From assembly GCA_947478395.1 (NCBI GenBank), contig CANJVR010000002.1, positions 224,001-288,000 of the forward strand: a stretch of 64,000 nucleotides of DNA. Reading direction: 5' to 3'. The position numbers and the translations under genes were made by a program. Positions 18,375 through 28,551 of the stretch are shown in pieces (the stretch's first letter is position 1; each line of letters opens with the position of its first letter). Below the pieces are notes generated by a model. It was not told the origin of the DNA. It saw only the letters and a list, made by a program, of their open reading frames with translations, and searched no databases. Origin of the DNA: Opitutia bacterium. GTDB lineage: Bacteria; Verrucomicrobiota; Verrucomicrobiia; Opitutales; Opitutaceae.

Positions 18375-19022
18375 ATGAAAACCGCTGGACACCGTTTTTC
18401 GTCCTGGGCCGCGCTCGGGTTGGGCGTGAGCCTGGCGCTGCTGGGTGGCTGCAACATCATCCCGCCACCATCGGCGGATTTGACGCGCTACTACGTGCTG
18501 ACCATCCCGGCGCTCAGAGCGGCCGCGACGACGCCGAAAACGGGGGCGTTGCGGGTCGGTCTGCGCAACGTCGATCTCGCGCCGTATTTAAGAAAGGGCC
18601 TGCTGGTTGTGCGCACAGGCGAGAACGAGGTGACGTTTCCGAGCGATGCGCGCTGGGCGGAGCCGCTGGAGCAGGAAATCGTGCGCTCGCTGCGGGCCGG
18701 CTTGACCGCGGCGCCCACGGTGGGTCGCGTGCACTTGCAGCCATTTCCCCTCGATGGTGAGCGGGATTTCGATGTGAGCGTCCAAGTGTTCCATTGCGAA
18801 GGCGCCAGTGCTCCGGGGTCGAAGTCGGCGACGGTAAAATTCTCGGCGCTAATCGAGATTTCGACGGGCGGGATGAATCCGCAGCTGGTCGCGCGCAAAC
18901 TGTTCGTCGCACCGGAGAGCGCATGGGACGGCAGGGATTTCGCCCAGCTCGTCGGACAATTGAGTTCTGCGGTGGCGGCGCTGAGTCAGGAAGTCGTGGC
19001 GATCCTGCCGGATAAAAATTAA
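18375..19022 (+). CDS. pqiC: PqiC-family (ABC auxiliary) outer-membrane lipoprotein
   Basis: Lipobox LLGGC, TRYYVL, LAPYL, RWAEPL motifs; last gene of the mla cluster. Confidence 0.82.
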   Translation: MKTAGHRFSSWAALGLGVSLALLGGCNIIPPPSADLTRYYVLTIPALRAAATTPKTGALRVGLRNVDLAPYLRKGLLVVRTGENEVTFPSDARWAEPLEQEIVRSLRAGLTAAPTVGRVHLQPFPLDGERDFDVSVQVFHCEGASAPGSKSATVKFSALIEISTGGMNPQLVARKLFVAPESAWDGRDFAQLVGQLSSAVAALSQEVVAILPDKN

Positions 19023-19152
19023 TGCGTTAGCGGGACCGTGAGGGGACGTGAGCTCAATCCTTGTTCCCCGCGGAGCCGCGGTCGGCGAAAGCCTGAATGA
19101 CGCTCGGCGCGAGAGCGGTTTAAATCTTCCGTGTCCGTTTTGAGATGCGGGC

Positions 19153-19205
19153 GTAGCGGCAGGCGTCTCTGCCTGCCGGGTTCAACGTTCTCGTAGCGGG
19201 CAGGC
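19153..19205. repeat. Partial copy 3 of the MITE/REPIN-like element
   Basis: GTAGCGGCAGGCGTCTCTGCCTGCCGGGTTCAACGTTCTCGTAGCGGGCAGGC matches the core of copies 1 and 2; GAGAGCGGTTTAA end-like motif at 19111-19123. Confidence 0.75.
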
Positions 19206-19418
19206 CGCCTGGACCAGCTGGCTAACGTCGGCCGAACCGATCTGACGTTCCGGCCGCAGCACATTCACCAGTCGCGTTCGCGCTGCCGTCGGCGGCCGCT
19301 TCCGATATTGGAAGGCCCGGGCCGCGCTAGTTATCGGCACCGGGCAAGCGGTCCGCCCGGAACGCCGTTCGCCTTCAACCGATGAAGGCGAGCGGCCGCA
19401 ATGCGCCAGTGAGGCGCC

Positions 19419-22400
19419 TTACAGATCGAAGGTTGTCGTGAAGATGAACTGCCGTGGATCGATGATGCGATATTGGTAGAAGCGGCCGTCGGGATTGACG
19501 GAGACGCCTTCGAGGCGGCCGCTTTCGAGGGCGCTGCGGACGTTGAGCTGGAAACGCGTGCCAATCTTGTTTTGGAACAGGCGGGTGCGGTAGCTCAGGT
19601 TGAGATCGACGTTTTCTTGGGGCTTGCTGAACACCGGCTTGTCCTTGTCGAGCGTGCGGATGACGCCATCGGCTTCGGGCGCCGCGCCGAGGTAACCGAT
19701 CGCGCGCTTGCTGGCCCAGCGGTAGGAGCCGCCGACGGAGACGTTTTTCATCCAAGGATGCGCGTCCGCGAGGCTGCCGAGGCCGGCCAGCTGGAAGTTC
19801 GTGAGGACGTTGAACGAGTATTTGCCCGACTGCGGCTTCTGCTTGCCCTGACCCGCGATGAGCGGAAGGAGCGCGTTGCGGACGTTGCCACTGTAATAGT
19901 TCGCCGGGACACCCTGACTGCCCTGATTCAAATTCCACCAGAGCGCGCCGGCATCCGGCAGTTGCGAGCCATCGGGCAGGAGGTCGGTCGGAATCTTAAT
20001 CGTGGTCCAGATCGGCAGACGCAGGGCGATAAACTCTTGGATGGTGCTGGAGATATTTGAATCGATGGCAATCTGCTGGTTGCCCGTGGCGCGCAAGGTC
20101 CAATAGCGCGTTGGGTTGAACTGCAGTTCGAGTTCCCAGCCCTTGGAGGTGGCGTCGCTGATGTCGGCAATGACCTTGTTGTTGGCGCTGTCGACGTAGC
20201 CCGGCTCGTAGCCGATGCGTTTGGCGGCGGCATCAGTCACCTGCTGCTGCGTCCACGTCGGGTGCAGCGTCTGCTCCCAGGTGGTTGCGGCATCGTAGAG
20301 GTTGAAAGACAGGACCTGGCCGCCGGGATGGAAATCGATGCCCAGCGCGCGGGTGGCAATGACCGTGGTGTTGGCGCGGGAGTTTTCCTGGGTGGTCTCC
20401 TGGCGGGAAATGCGGGCCGAAAACCGGTTGTCGAACATCGAGAGGCCGAAGCCGAATTCCTTCGTCTCGCCGCTGGGATTGGGGAGTTCGCGCAGAAAGA
20501 GGTCAAACGCGGTGTCTGCGGGGGCGAATGAGTCCGACTTGTTATAGTAGAAGCTCAAACCGTGCAGCGCCTGCGCCAGGAAGCGGGTGACGCCCGAGCC
20601 TCGCTCGGCCTCGTTCTTGAGGAAGCCAAGACTGCGGAACGGCTTCACGACGACGCCCTTTGAGAGCGTGTCGCCGAAGCGCCAGCGCTTGTTGCGGCCG
20701 AAGTTCCAGAGGTTGGTCTCGTCGAAGAAATTGTTGACCAGCGGAATCGTGAGGTTCGCCGAGGTGGCGACGCGATCCCTGCGCTTGCCGAAAGTGGTGA
20801 CGACCTGGTCGTTCAGGAAATAACTCTGAATGCTCCCGCCGAAGGTGCGGACCTTCTTCTTCTGGGAATCGAGCGCGAAGTAGACTTCCTCGATGTCCAC
20901 CGGCTCATCGGTGCGGTAAATGGTGGAGTTTGCGCCGGCAAAGGAGGCGAGGAATTTGCCGTTGTAGCGGTCGGGACCGGAGTTTGCCTGCTTCAGGCCG
21001 AGGTCGCCGCGGTTGCCCATGAAATAGACGGTATACATGAGTGAACCGTTGTTGGCGGCCAGATTGGTGGTCGGCGTGATTGTAGCCGGCAGGAAGTTCG
21101 GGTTGTCGATGATGGCGTCGTGATAGCGCAGGTTTTGCGGCGCGCTGGCGCTTAACTTATACTCGGCGTAGCCGATTGCGCGGTGCATGCCGAGCCACTT
21201 TAATAAATTCGTCTCGCGGCGCAGATCGAACTGGTAGGCGGCCTGGGCGCGGTAGCTGTCGTTAAACACCGGCTTGCGGAACACCTGGGGATTCACGCCG
21301 CCGATGAACGGGCGCAAGAAGAATGGATTGGGCCGGCCGTCGAGCAGCCGCTCGTTAACTTCGACCTGGAGGGTGGTGCCGACACCGTCGAGCTGGCCGA
21401 TGAACTGGCGGCGGTAATCGCTCTGATCCTCGCGCCGCCACGCGAGGTTCAGATCGAGGCGGTTGCGCGTGGTGTTGATAAAGCTCTGGTCGAGGTTGGC
21501 GTTAAAAATCTTGGCGCTCTGGATCTGGTAGGCGGAGGCGGCCATGTTGACGTTTTCCCAGTCGTAAACCGCCTTGTTGGTCGTGCCGGACACCTTGAAC
21601 AGCGGGCCGGCGGCCCCCTCGGTGGAGCTGGCGGCCAAGGACTGTGTGGTGGTGAGGCCCAGCGCGGCGTTGTTGGGATTCGCGCCACGGGTGATAAGCT
21701 GAATCCGGCCATCGGCGATGTATTCAAGGACGCGGCCACCGCCGAAGCCGGTGTTAATGCCGGTGGGAACAACGCCGACGGCTCCCGGGACACCGTTGAC
21801 TTTACCAATGCGGGTAAATGGATCCCACGTCGGGCTGCCGCGAGACAGCCAAAGGGATATGCTGTCGCGGGGCGTCAGCGAGTTGGCCCGGTTGGCCCAC
21901 TCGTGAAACTGCTCGAATGAACCGGTGAGTGTCGTGCCGCGGAACGGCCGCGCGGTGAATGCAATCTGCTGCCGGTTGGTGCGGTCGACCGACGGTTTGC
22001 GGAGGTAGCCCGTCTCGTTGTAGACGGCGGAGAAGCGCAGCGAGAGCTTGTTGCGGATGAGCGGGCGGTTAAGGTCGAGGCTGGTGCGGAACCCGCCGTA
22101 GTTGTCGAAGCGCGCGACGATCTGGGAACTCTCGCGGTTCACGTTGGCGCGGCTGGTGATGAGGTTGACGGTGCCGCCCGCGTCGCCAAGGCCGGCGAGG
22201 GTGGAATTGGAGCCGCGCGAGATTTCCACGGCCTCGACGTTGTAGGTGTCGATCGGAATCGAACCGCTGGCACTAAATCCGCCGACGGCGATGTTGGCCG
22301 CGGCGAGGCCGCGCACACGGTTCGAGCCGGTGGGATTGCCGGAGACATTGTCCCACACGCCTTCGTTGCGGCCGTCGGTGGCCGTTTCCGTATACTGGCC

Positions 22401-22856
22401 GGTGCCTTCCGTGCCGACCTCGTAGAGGAAGATGTCGTTGATATCGAGCGCGGCGGTGTCGATTAACTGCTGCTTCGTAACGACCGAAATGGAACCGGCC
22501 AAGTCCTCGAGCGAAGTGTTGAGGCGGTTGCCGGAGAGCGTGGTGAAGGCGGCGTACCCCTTGTCGTCTCCTGCATTGACCTCGAACGGCGAGAGTCGGA
22601 CCGCCTCTTCTTGGGCGGAGCCCGTCGCGGATGAGACCACCTCTTTTGCGAGCTTGGCGTCGTCGGCTTGCATGGTCGATAGCTCGCTGGGATCGAGGCG
22701 GCCGTTCTTGTTGGTATCGTATTTCGCGAGTTGTTGCGGGGTGGGCGGAGCGGCGATGGTTGACTGCGCGTGAGTCAGCGCGGAGGCGGCAGCACCGAAG
22801 GCAATCAATACGATGAGGCGTAACACACGGATTGAATCCAGGTTGTAGTTTTTCAT
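19419..22856 (-). CDS. TonB-dependent receptor (Opitutaceae type) with an N-terminal EF-hand-like motif
   Basis: Signal peptide from ATG 22856; VRLSPFEV...GY...TLSGNRLNT plug region, VEISRGSNS, terminal PRQFIFTTTFDL beta-strand. Confidence 0.9.
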   Translation of the reverse strand: MKNYNLDSIRVLRLIVLIAFGAAASALTHAQSTIAAPPTPQQLAKYDTNKNGRLDPSELSTMQADDAKLAKEVVSSATGSAQEEAVRLSPFEVNAGDDKGYAAFTTLSGNRLNTSLEDLAGSISVVTKQQLIDTAALDINDIFLYEVGTEGTGQYTETATDGRNEGVWDNVSGNPTGSNRVRGLAAANIAVGGFSASGSIPIDTYNVEAVEISRGSNSTLAGLGDAGGTVNLITSRANVNRESSQIVARFDNYGGFRTSLDLNRPLIRNKLSLRFSAVYNETGYLRKPSVDRTNRQQIAFTARPFRGTTLTGSFEQFHEWANRANSLTPRDSISLWLSRGSPTWDPFTRIGKVNGVPGAVGVVPTGINTGFGGGRVLEYIADGRIQLITRGANPNNAALGLTTTQSLAASSTEGAAGPLFKVSGTTNKAVYDWENVNMAASAYQIQSAKIFNANLDQSFINTTRNRLDLNLAWRREDQSDYRRQFIGQLDGVGTTLQVEVNERLLDGRPNPFFLRPFIGGVNPQVFRKPVFNDSYRAQAAYQFDLRRETNLLKWLGMHRAIGYAEYKLSASAPQNLRYHDAIIDNPNFLPATITPTTNLAANNGSLMYTVYFMGNRGDLGLKQANSGPDRYNGKFLASFAGANSTIYRTDEPVDIEEVYFALDSQKKKVRTFGGSIQSYFLNDQVVTTFGKRRDRVATSANLTIPLVNNFFDETNLWNFGRNKRWRFGDTLSKGVVVKPFRSLGFLKNEAERGSGVTRFLAQALHGLSFYYNKSDSFAPADTAFDLFLRELPNPSGETKEFGFGLSMFDNRFSARISRQETTQENSRANTTVIATRALGIDFHPGGQVLSFNLYDAATTWEQTLHPTWTQQQVTDAAAKRIGYEPGYVDSANNKVIADISDATSKGWELELQFNPTRYWTLRATGNQQIAIDSNISSTIQEFIALRLPIWTTIKIPTDLLPDGSQLPDAGALWWNLNQGSQGVPANYYSGNVRNALLPLIAGQGKQKPQSGKYSFNVLTNFQLAGLGSLADAHPWMKNVSVGGSYRWASKRAIGYLGAAPEADGVIRTLDKDKPVFSKPQENVDLNLSYRTRLFQNKIGTRFQLNVRSALESGRLEGVSVNPDGRFYQYRIIDPRQFIFTTTFDL

Positions 22857-23489
22857 GGGTATCGGCAGGTTGGTGAGCTGATCCCGAAAACTGGGCCAGG
22901 CCAGCGTGGGGTCTCTCATCGGGGGGAGAAATCCGGGGGAAATGAGGTTTCCAACGGACTAAACGATCGGGGTCGAAGCGGGGATGTCAGGGGAACGTCC
23001 TGTGGCGCGCAGCCAAAGACGGTGGGGTCTGACGACGGTGCGCACGCGATTTCCCTGAGTCAATGGACTAAATTACCTGACGCCAAAGCCATCGCTGGCC
23101 CCAAGGCTTTGCCGAGATCGTGGCCGGCTTTATCCTTCACCTTCGCGATGCCGCGCCCAGAGCCACAGCGAAGCGCGCTGGAGCGTCGAAGCCGCCTCGT
23201 CACGAAATCGAATCCCTGGGTGCTCCTGGGCTACCCGGCGATTTGTTCATCATCACGAGGCTGGGGAAACATCCACCCCGCGGCGCCGTTTATCCTTTTG
23301 GTCGTCTAGCCGGCGCCCAGCCGAAATCGAATCGTCGCCGGAAAGCTCGCCGCTTCATCCGTCATCTTTATCACCGGCGCCTGGCTAAATACAGAGCCCG
23401 CGACCAGCGCGGATGCGCAGGCAAGCACCGACGATTCCTATTCCAACCAAACCACTTTAGCGCGTCTCGATTGCTCGTTTTCAGAAAAC

Positions 23490-23519
23490 AAAAAAGGCCC
23501 GAGACGAGCTCGGGCCTTT
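23490..23519 (-). terminator. Rho-independent terminator of typA
   Basis: AAAGGCCCGAG-acgag-CTCGGGCCTTT hairpin followed by a T-run on the - strand. Confidence 0.88.
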
Positions 23520-23540
23520 GATCTGCAGAGAGGGGAAACT

Positions 23541-25361
23541 TTAGGCCTTACCCGACTTCGAGGCCTTCTGCCGGGCGCCGTTGTTCAAGATCCGCTTGCG
23601 GAGACGCAGGCTCTTGGGCGTGACCTCGACGAGTTCGTCGGCGGCGATGTATTCGATCGCGCGTTCGAGTGAAAGCTTGGACGCAGGCGTCAAACCCGTG
23701 GCGACACCGGAACCTTGCGAACGGAAGTTCGTCAGTGCTTTTTCACGGACGGCGTTACAAGCGATGTCCTCGTTGCGAGGATTTTCGCCCACGATCATGC
23801 CTTCGTAGACTTGCTCGCCGGGGCCGACGAAAAGCTTGCCGCGTTCCTGCACCATCACGAGGGCATAGGAGGTGGTTTCACCCGCTTCCGTTGCAATGAG
23901 TGTGCCGGTGATGCGCGTGAGTACTTCGCCCGCGAACGGACCGTATTCCTTGAAGAGATGGCTCAGTACGCCGCGACCGCTGGTGGCGTTGACGACATCG
24001 ATTTCCATGCCGATCAGGCCGCGCGTGGTGATGGTCGCCTCGATCATTGTGGAGTGGGGCAGCTTCTCCATGTTCGTGAGAAGGCCTTTGCGGTTGGCGA
24101 GATTCTGCATGATCGAACCGACGCATTCGTCGGGCACTTCGATCCAGACGGTCTCGAACGGCTCGAGGCGGCCGCCATCGTCGGAGCGTTTTTCGATCAC
24201 GGTCGGACGAGAAACGAGCAGTTCAAAACCTTCGCGGCGCATGGTTTCGACCAGGACGGCGACCTGCATGGCGCCGCGGGCCTTGACGTTGAAGATGCCG
24301 GCCTTGTCGCTGTCTTCGATCTTGATCGAGACGTTCGTCTTGAGTTCGCGCATCAGGCGCTCGCGCAGCTGACGGGATGTGACGAGCTTGCCTTCCTGAC
24401 CGACGAGCGGGCCGTCGTTGACGCAGAACTGCATCTCGAGGGTTGGCGGGTCGATTTGCGTGAAGGGCAGGGCATGACCCGCTTCGTCTGCGGTGAGGGT
24501 GTCGCCAATGTCGATATCCTCGAAGCCGGAGAGGCCGACAATGTTTCCGGCGACGGCCGTTTCGGTTTCGCGGGTGCCGAGGCCGGTAAATTCAAACACC
24601 TTGGTGATTTTCGCGCGGACGCGTTTGCCGTCCTCGTGACGCACGATGAAAACCGTCTGGCCGACGGTGGCGGTGCCGCCGAGGATCTTGCCGACCGCGA
24701 TACGGCCGACGTAGTCGCTCCAATCGATATTGGAAACGAGCATGTGGAACGGCTCGTCGGGCTTGGCGAATGGGGGTGGAATGTGGTCGAGGATCGTTTG
24801 GAAAAGAGGGGACATGTCCTTCTTTTCTTCGCCGAGATTGTACATCATGTAGCCGTCGCGGCCCGAGCCGTAAACGACCGGAGCGTCGAACTGTTCCTCG
24901 GTGGCGTTGAGTTCCATCAGGAGCTCGAGCACCTTGTCGTACATCTTGGCTGGCTCGGCGTTATCGCGGTCAATCTTGTTGATCACGATCACGACCTTAA
25001 GACCGTGCGCGAGTGCCTTGCGGAGCACGAAACGCGTCTGGGCTTGGGGACCGTCGTAAGCATCGATGACGAGCAATACGCCGTCGACCATGCGCAGCGC
25101 GCGCTCCACTTCGCCGCCGAAATCGGCGTGGCCGGGGGTGTCGACGATATTGACGATCTTTTCCTTCCAGTGAACGGACGTGTTCTTCGCTTTGATCGTG
25201 ATGCCCTTCTCTTTTTCAAGGTCCATGGAGTCCATGGCGCGTTCCTCAACCTGTTGGTTGGCGCGGAAGACTCCGCCTTCTTTAAGGAGCTTGTCGACGA
25301 GTGTGGTCTTGCCGTGGTCGACGTGAGCGATGATGGCGATATTACGGATGTTCTGGTTCAT
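23541..25361 (-). CDS. typA: Translational GTPase TypA/BipA
   Basis: [35 protein letters not shown]-terminal [14 protein letters not shown]. Confidence 0.97.
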   Translation of the reverse strand: MNQNIRNIAIIAHVDHGKTTLVDKLLKEGGVFRANQQVEERAMDSMDLEKEKGITIKAKNTSVHWKEKIVNIVDTPGHADFGGEVERALRMVDGVLLVIDAYDGPQAQTRFVLRKALAHGLKVVIVINKIDRDNAEPAKMYDKVLELLMELNATEEQFDAPVVYGSGRDGYMMYNLGEEKKDMSPLFQTILDHIPPPFAKPDEPFHMLVSNIDWSDYVGRIAVGKILGGTATVGQTVFIVRHEDGKRVRAKITKVFEFTGLGTRETETAVAGNIVGLSGFEDIDIGDTLTADEAGHALPFTQIDPPTLEMQFCVNDGPLVGQEGKLVTSRQLRERLMRELKTNVSIKIEDSDKAGIFNVKARGAMQVAVLVETMRREGFELLVSRPTVIEKRSDDGGRLEPFETVWIEVPDECVGSIMQNLANRKGLLTNMEKLPHSTMIEATITTRGLIGMEIDVVNATSGRGVLSHLFKEYGPFAGEVLTRITGTLIATEAGETTSYALVMVQERGKLFVGPGEQVYEGMIVGENPRNEDIACNAVREKALTNFRSQGSGVATGLTPASKLSLERAIEYIAADELVEVTPKSLRLRKRILNNGARQKASKSGKA

Positions 25362-25526
25362 GGCGCGGGCGCGTTCTGGTCTATGGAAAAAAGAAGAACG
25401 TGCGGATCGCCCCTCCGGAAAGCAAGGCCGAAGGCGGGGGCGATTGAAACGGTTGTGCAAACTTAGGACAAAGAAGCGGAGGCAAATGAAATTGCACCGC
25501 GCCGCTCGGCCCGACGACATGATGGG

Positions 25527-25952
25527 ATGCGCTGCATTGGAATCGACTACGGGACCCGCCGCCTCGGCCTCGCCTACGGCGACGAGCTAGGCGTCGCGAC
25601 GCCGTTGCCCGCGCTGGTCGATGCCGATGAGGGCAAACGCTGGGCTGCATTGCTTGCCGTCGTGCATGCCCGGCGTGCGACTGATTTGGTGCTTGGTTAT
25701 CCGCTCAACATGGATGGATCGGCGGGCTTCAAGGCGAAGGAGGTCGACGCATTTGCGGCCCGGCTTCGCACCACGCTGGCGCTGCCGGTGCATCTCGTGG
25801 ACGAAACACTCACCAGCCATGAAGCGGAGTCCACCATCGCGAAAGGGAAGCGACGCCAGGTTCGCGCGAGCGGGATTATTGATTCACGAGCGGCGACGCT
25901 GATCCTGCAGGATTTCCTCACCTTGGAATTTCCCTCGGAGGATTCCGCGTGA
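25527..25952 (+). CDS. ruvX: RuvX/YqgF family nuclease (pre-16S rRNA processing)
   Basis: GIDYGTRRLGLA, VLGYPLNMDG, VDETLTS, IDSRAATLILQ. Confidence 0.93.
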   Translation: MRCIGIDYGTRRLGLAYGDELGVATPLPALVDADEGKRWAALLAVVHARRATDLVLGYPLNMDGSAGFKAKEVDAFAARLRTTLALPVHLVDETLTSHEAESTIAKGKRRQVRASGIIDSRAATLILQDFLTLEFPSEDSA

Positions 25953-26725
25953 CCGATGATTCGCCTGAGGGCGCTCCCGCCGAGGCGCTCACGCGCTGGA
26001 AATGCGTGTGCGCTTACGATGGTGGACCGTTTGCGGGCTGGCAAAGTCAGCCCGGCGGAAACTCTGTGCAGGATACGATTGAAGCGCGGCTCGCGCAGAT
26101 TTTCGGCCGGCCGGTGCGGACCCATGCAAGTGGACGAACCGACGCCGGCGTGCACGCGCACGCGCAGGTTTTCCATTTCGACGCCAACTGGCGGCACGGA
26201 CCGGAGCGATTGCTGGCGGCGATGCGGTCCGTGATTTCACCGGCGATCCAGTTCAAAACGATCCGCGTGGTGTCGGCGAAATTCCACGCGCGGTTTTCGG
26301 CCGTCGGGAAAATCTACAGTTATCATCTGCATCTCGGCGATGCGGACCCGTTCTCGCGGCCCTACTGCTGGCCGGTATTCAGGCCGCTGAATTTCACCGC
26401 CATGGAGGCCGCCGCGGCTGCGCTGCGGGGAAAAAATGATTTCAAGGCTTTTTCGGCATTCAATGGTGCAGAGATGGAGGATACCGTGCGCGACCTCCGG
26501 CGCCTGGAGATCGCGCGCCGCGGAGCCCGCGTGCGTATCACGGCGGAGGCCGATGGTTTTCTCTATAAAATGGTACGCAGTCTCGTCGGAGCCGTCGTGG
26601 CGGTCGGCGAAGGTAAACTCACTCCGGCCGAGGTGCGGACGATTTTGCTTTCGCGTGAGCGCACGCCGCTCATTCACACCGCCCCTCCCCAGGGCCTTTT
26701 TCTCGAAAAAGTTTTCTACCGATGA
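25949..26725 (+). CDS. truA: tRNA pseudouridine(38-40) synthase
   Basis: YDGGPFAGWQ, SGRTDAGVHA, FHARFSA, GFLYKMVR, APPQGLFL. Confidence 0.96.
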   Translation: MTDDSPEGAPAEALTRWKCVCAYDGGPFAGWQSQPGGNSVQDTIEARLAQIFGRPVRTHASGRTDAGVHAHAQVFHFDANWRHGPERLLAAMRSVISPAIQFKTIRVVSAKFHARFSAVGKIYSYHLHLGDADPFSRPYCWPVFRPLNFTAMEAAAAALRGKNDFKAFSAFNGAEMEDTVRDLRRLEIARRGARVRITAEADGFLYKMVRSLVGAVVAVGEGKLTPAEVRTILLSRERTPLIHTAPPQGLFLEKVFYR

Positions 26726-27459
26726 ACGGATCGGGTCTGGCGGAACTGGTGCGGGGAATGGGCGATGTGGTGTTTCCGCCGACGTGTGTCGATTGCCGCG
26801 GGCTGGTCGAAGGGAGCGGATTCCGTCAGGTGTGCGTGAGCTGTGCGGCGCGGCTCGATTTCGTGCACGCGCCCCATTGCACGACCTGCGGCCATCCGTT
26901 TTACGGCGTAGTCGAAGGCGAGCGCATGTGTCCGCACTGCGCAGGCTTGGAACCCGCCTTCCTGACCGGGTGCACGGCGGTGTTGTTCAAAGGTCCGGCC
27001 CGGGCCTTGGTGATTGAGCTCAAATATCATCGTGGCCTGCACGTGCTCGCCGACATGGAAGAGATTTTTCGGCGTTCGTCGGAGGCGTTGGCGACTGCCT
27101 GCGACGCGATTCTCGTGCCCGTGCCTTTGCATCCGCGCAAGGCACGGGAGCGGGGGTTCAACCAAAGTGCCTTGCTGGCGGCGGCTTTGGCGCGGGCGAG
27201 CGCCGGCCGTGCGCGGGTGGAGGCGTTGCTGGAGCGGACAGCGGACACAGCGACGCAGACGGCGTTCGATCGAAAGACGCGGCAGACGAACCTTAAAAAT
27301 GCCTTTGCACTGGTGAAAGGGGCCACCCTAATTGAGGGTCAGAAGTATGTGCTCGTTGACGACGTATTCACCACCGGCTCTACGCTCAACAGCTGTGCTC
27401 GCACGCTGCGGCGGGCTGGTGCGCTGAATCTTCACGTCGTCACTTTCGGCCACGGCTAA
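26722..27459 (+). CDS. comF: ComF family protein (zinc finger + PRTase-like)
   Basis: CxxC pairs, VPVPLH...RGFNQS, LVDDVFTTGSTL. Confidence 0.9.
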   Translation: MNGSGLAELVRGMGDVVFPPTCVDCRGLVEGSGFRQVCVSCAARLDFVHAPHCTTCGHPFYGVVEGERMCPHCAGLEPAFLTGCTAVLFKGPARALVIELKYHRGLHVLADMEEIFRRSSEALATACDAILVPVPLHPRKARERGFNQSALLAAALARASAGRARVEALLERTADTATQTAFDRKTRQTNLKNAFALVKGATLIEGQKYVLVDDVFTTGSTLNSCARTLRRAGALNLHVVTFGHG

Positions 27460-27471
27460 GTTTTTCAATCC

Positions 27472-28341
27472 ATGCATTTCGACAAACCGACTTACAAAGT
27501 CCGCAAAACCGCCAAGAAAGAAATTCCCAAGGGCCTTTACACGAAGGACCCGCTCACAGGGGAAATTCTGTTCAACAAGGAAATCGAGGACAACCAGATG
27601 GTCGTGCCGCGCAGCGGACACCATTTTCCGATCGGAGCGCGGGCCCGGATCGCCGGGCTGTTCGATGAAGGCACATTCACCGAGGCGGACGCCGGGGTGC
27701 GATCCGGTGACCCGCTGGGCTTTGTCGATTCGCAACCGTATCCGGACCGCATCAAGCGCTACGAAAAAGAGAGCGGCTTGCCCGAGGCGGTGATTTGCGG
27801 TGTGGGCCGGATTTACGGCATCGAAGTCTCCGTCGCGGTGATGGATTTCCGTTTCTGCGGTGGCGCGATGGGGGCGGCCGCGGGCGAAAAAATCACGCGA
27901 GCCATTGAAGCGGCGATCGGAAAAAAATGTCCCTGCATTATCTTTAGCGCTTCGGGCGGCGCGCGCATGCAGGAGGGAATTTATTCGCTGATGCAGATGG
28001 CGAAGACGAGTGCCGCTCTGGGCCGTCTCGCGGCGGCGAAGCTGCCGTTTGTCTCCGTGCTCACGCATCCCACGATGGGGGGTGTGACGGCGAGTTTTGC
28101 GACGCTTGGCGATGTGATCATCGCGGAGCCCGGCGCGTTAATCGGCTTTGCCGGCGCACGCGTGATCAAGGACACGACGAAGCAATCGCTGCCCGCAGGA
28201 TTTCAGACCGCGGAGTTTTTGCTGCAGCACGGACTCGTGGACCAAATCGTGAGCCGGTTGGAGATGCGCGAGCGGCTGCGTGATCTGCTCTCGGCCCTGC
28301 ATGGCAAGAAGCGGCAGGCGATGGCGGCGCTTAAGTTATAA
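27472..28341 (+). CDS. accD: Acetyl-CoA carboxylase carboxyltransferase beta subunit
   Basis: [55 protein letters not shown]. Confidence 0.95.
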   Translation: MHFDKPTYKVRKTAKKEIPKGLYTKDPLTGEILFNKEIEDNQMVVPRSGHHFPIGARARIAGLFDEGTFTEADAGVRSGDPLGFVDSQPYPDRIKRYEKESGLPEAVICGVGRIYGIEVSVAVMDFRFCGGAMGAAAGEKITRAIEAAIGKKCPCIIFSASGGARMQEGIYSLMQMAKTSAALGRLAAAKLPFVSVLTHPTMGGVTASFATLGDVIIAEPGALIGFAGARVIKDTTKQSLPAGFQTAEFLLQHGLVDQIVSRLEMRERLRDLLSALHGKKRQAMAALKL

Positions 28342-28551
28342 TCCGAGGTTTGTCCGGCGGAAACGAGTGGATTTGTCCGAGTCAACCCAGTGATAAGTTG
28401 ATAAAGACGCTCCGTCCCAGCGCGCACGGAGATCGGAAACAGAGTTCGCGAGCCAAACAAAAGCATCTTCTTCCTCTTCGTGCTCTCCGTGTCTGGGTTC
28501 ACTGTCCGCTGTGATCCATGGCTTGGTTTTGAGTTCTCGAAGATTCTTAAA

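Noticed and set aside
5990..19205. Dispersed repeats as a CRISPR array
   Set aside because: Not regularly spaced direct repeats; no cas genes in the window
23120..23521. ORFs in the TonB receptor-typA spacer, including a short - strand signal-peptide-like fragment (VLACASALVAGSVFSQAP)
   Set aside because: No start or RBS support, no family motifs; too weak to call a gene or pseudogene
23715..25466. 583-aa + strand ORF
   Set aside because: Antisense shadow of typA; no recognisable motifs; expected in GC-rich DNA with strong codon bias
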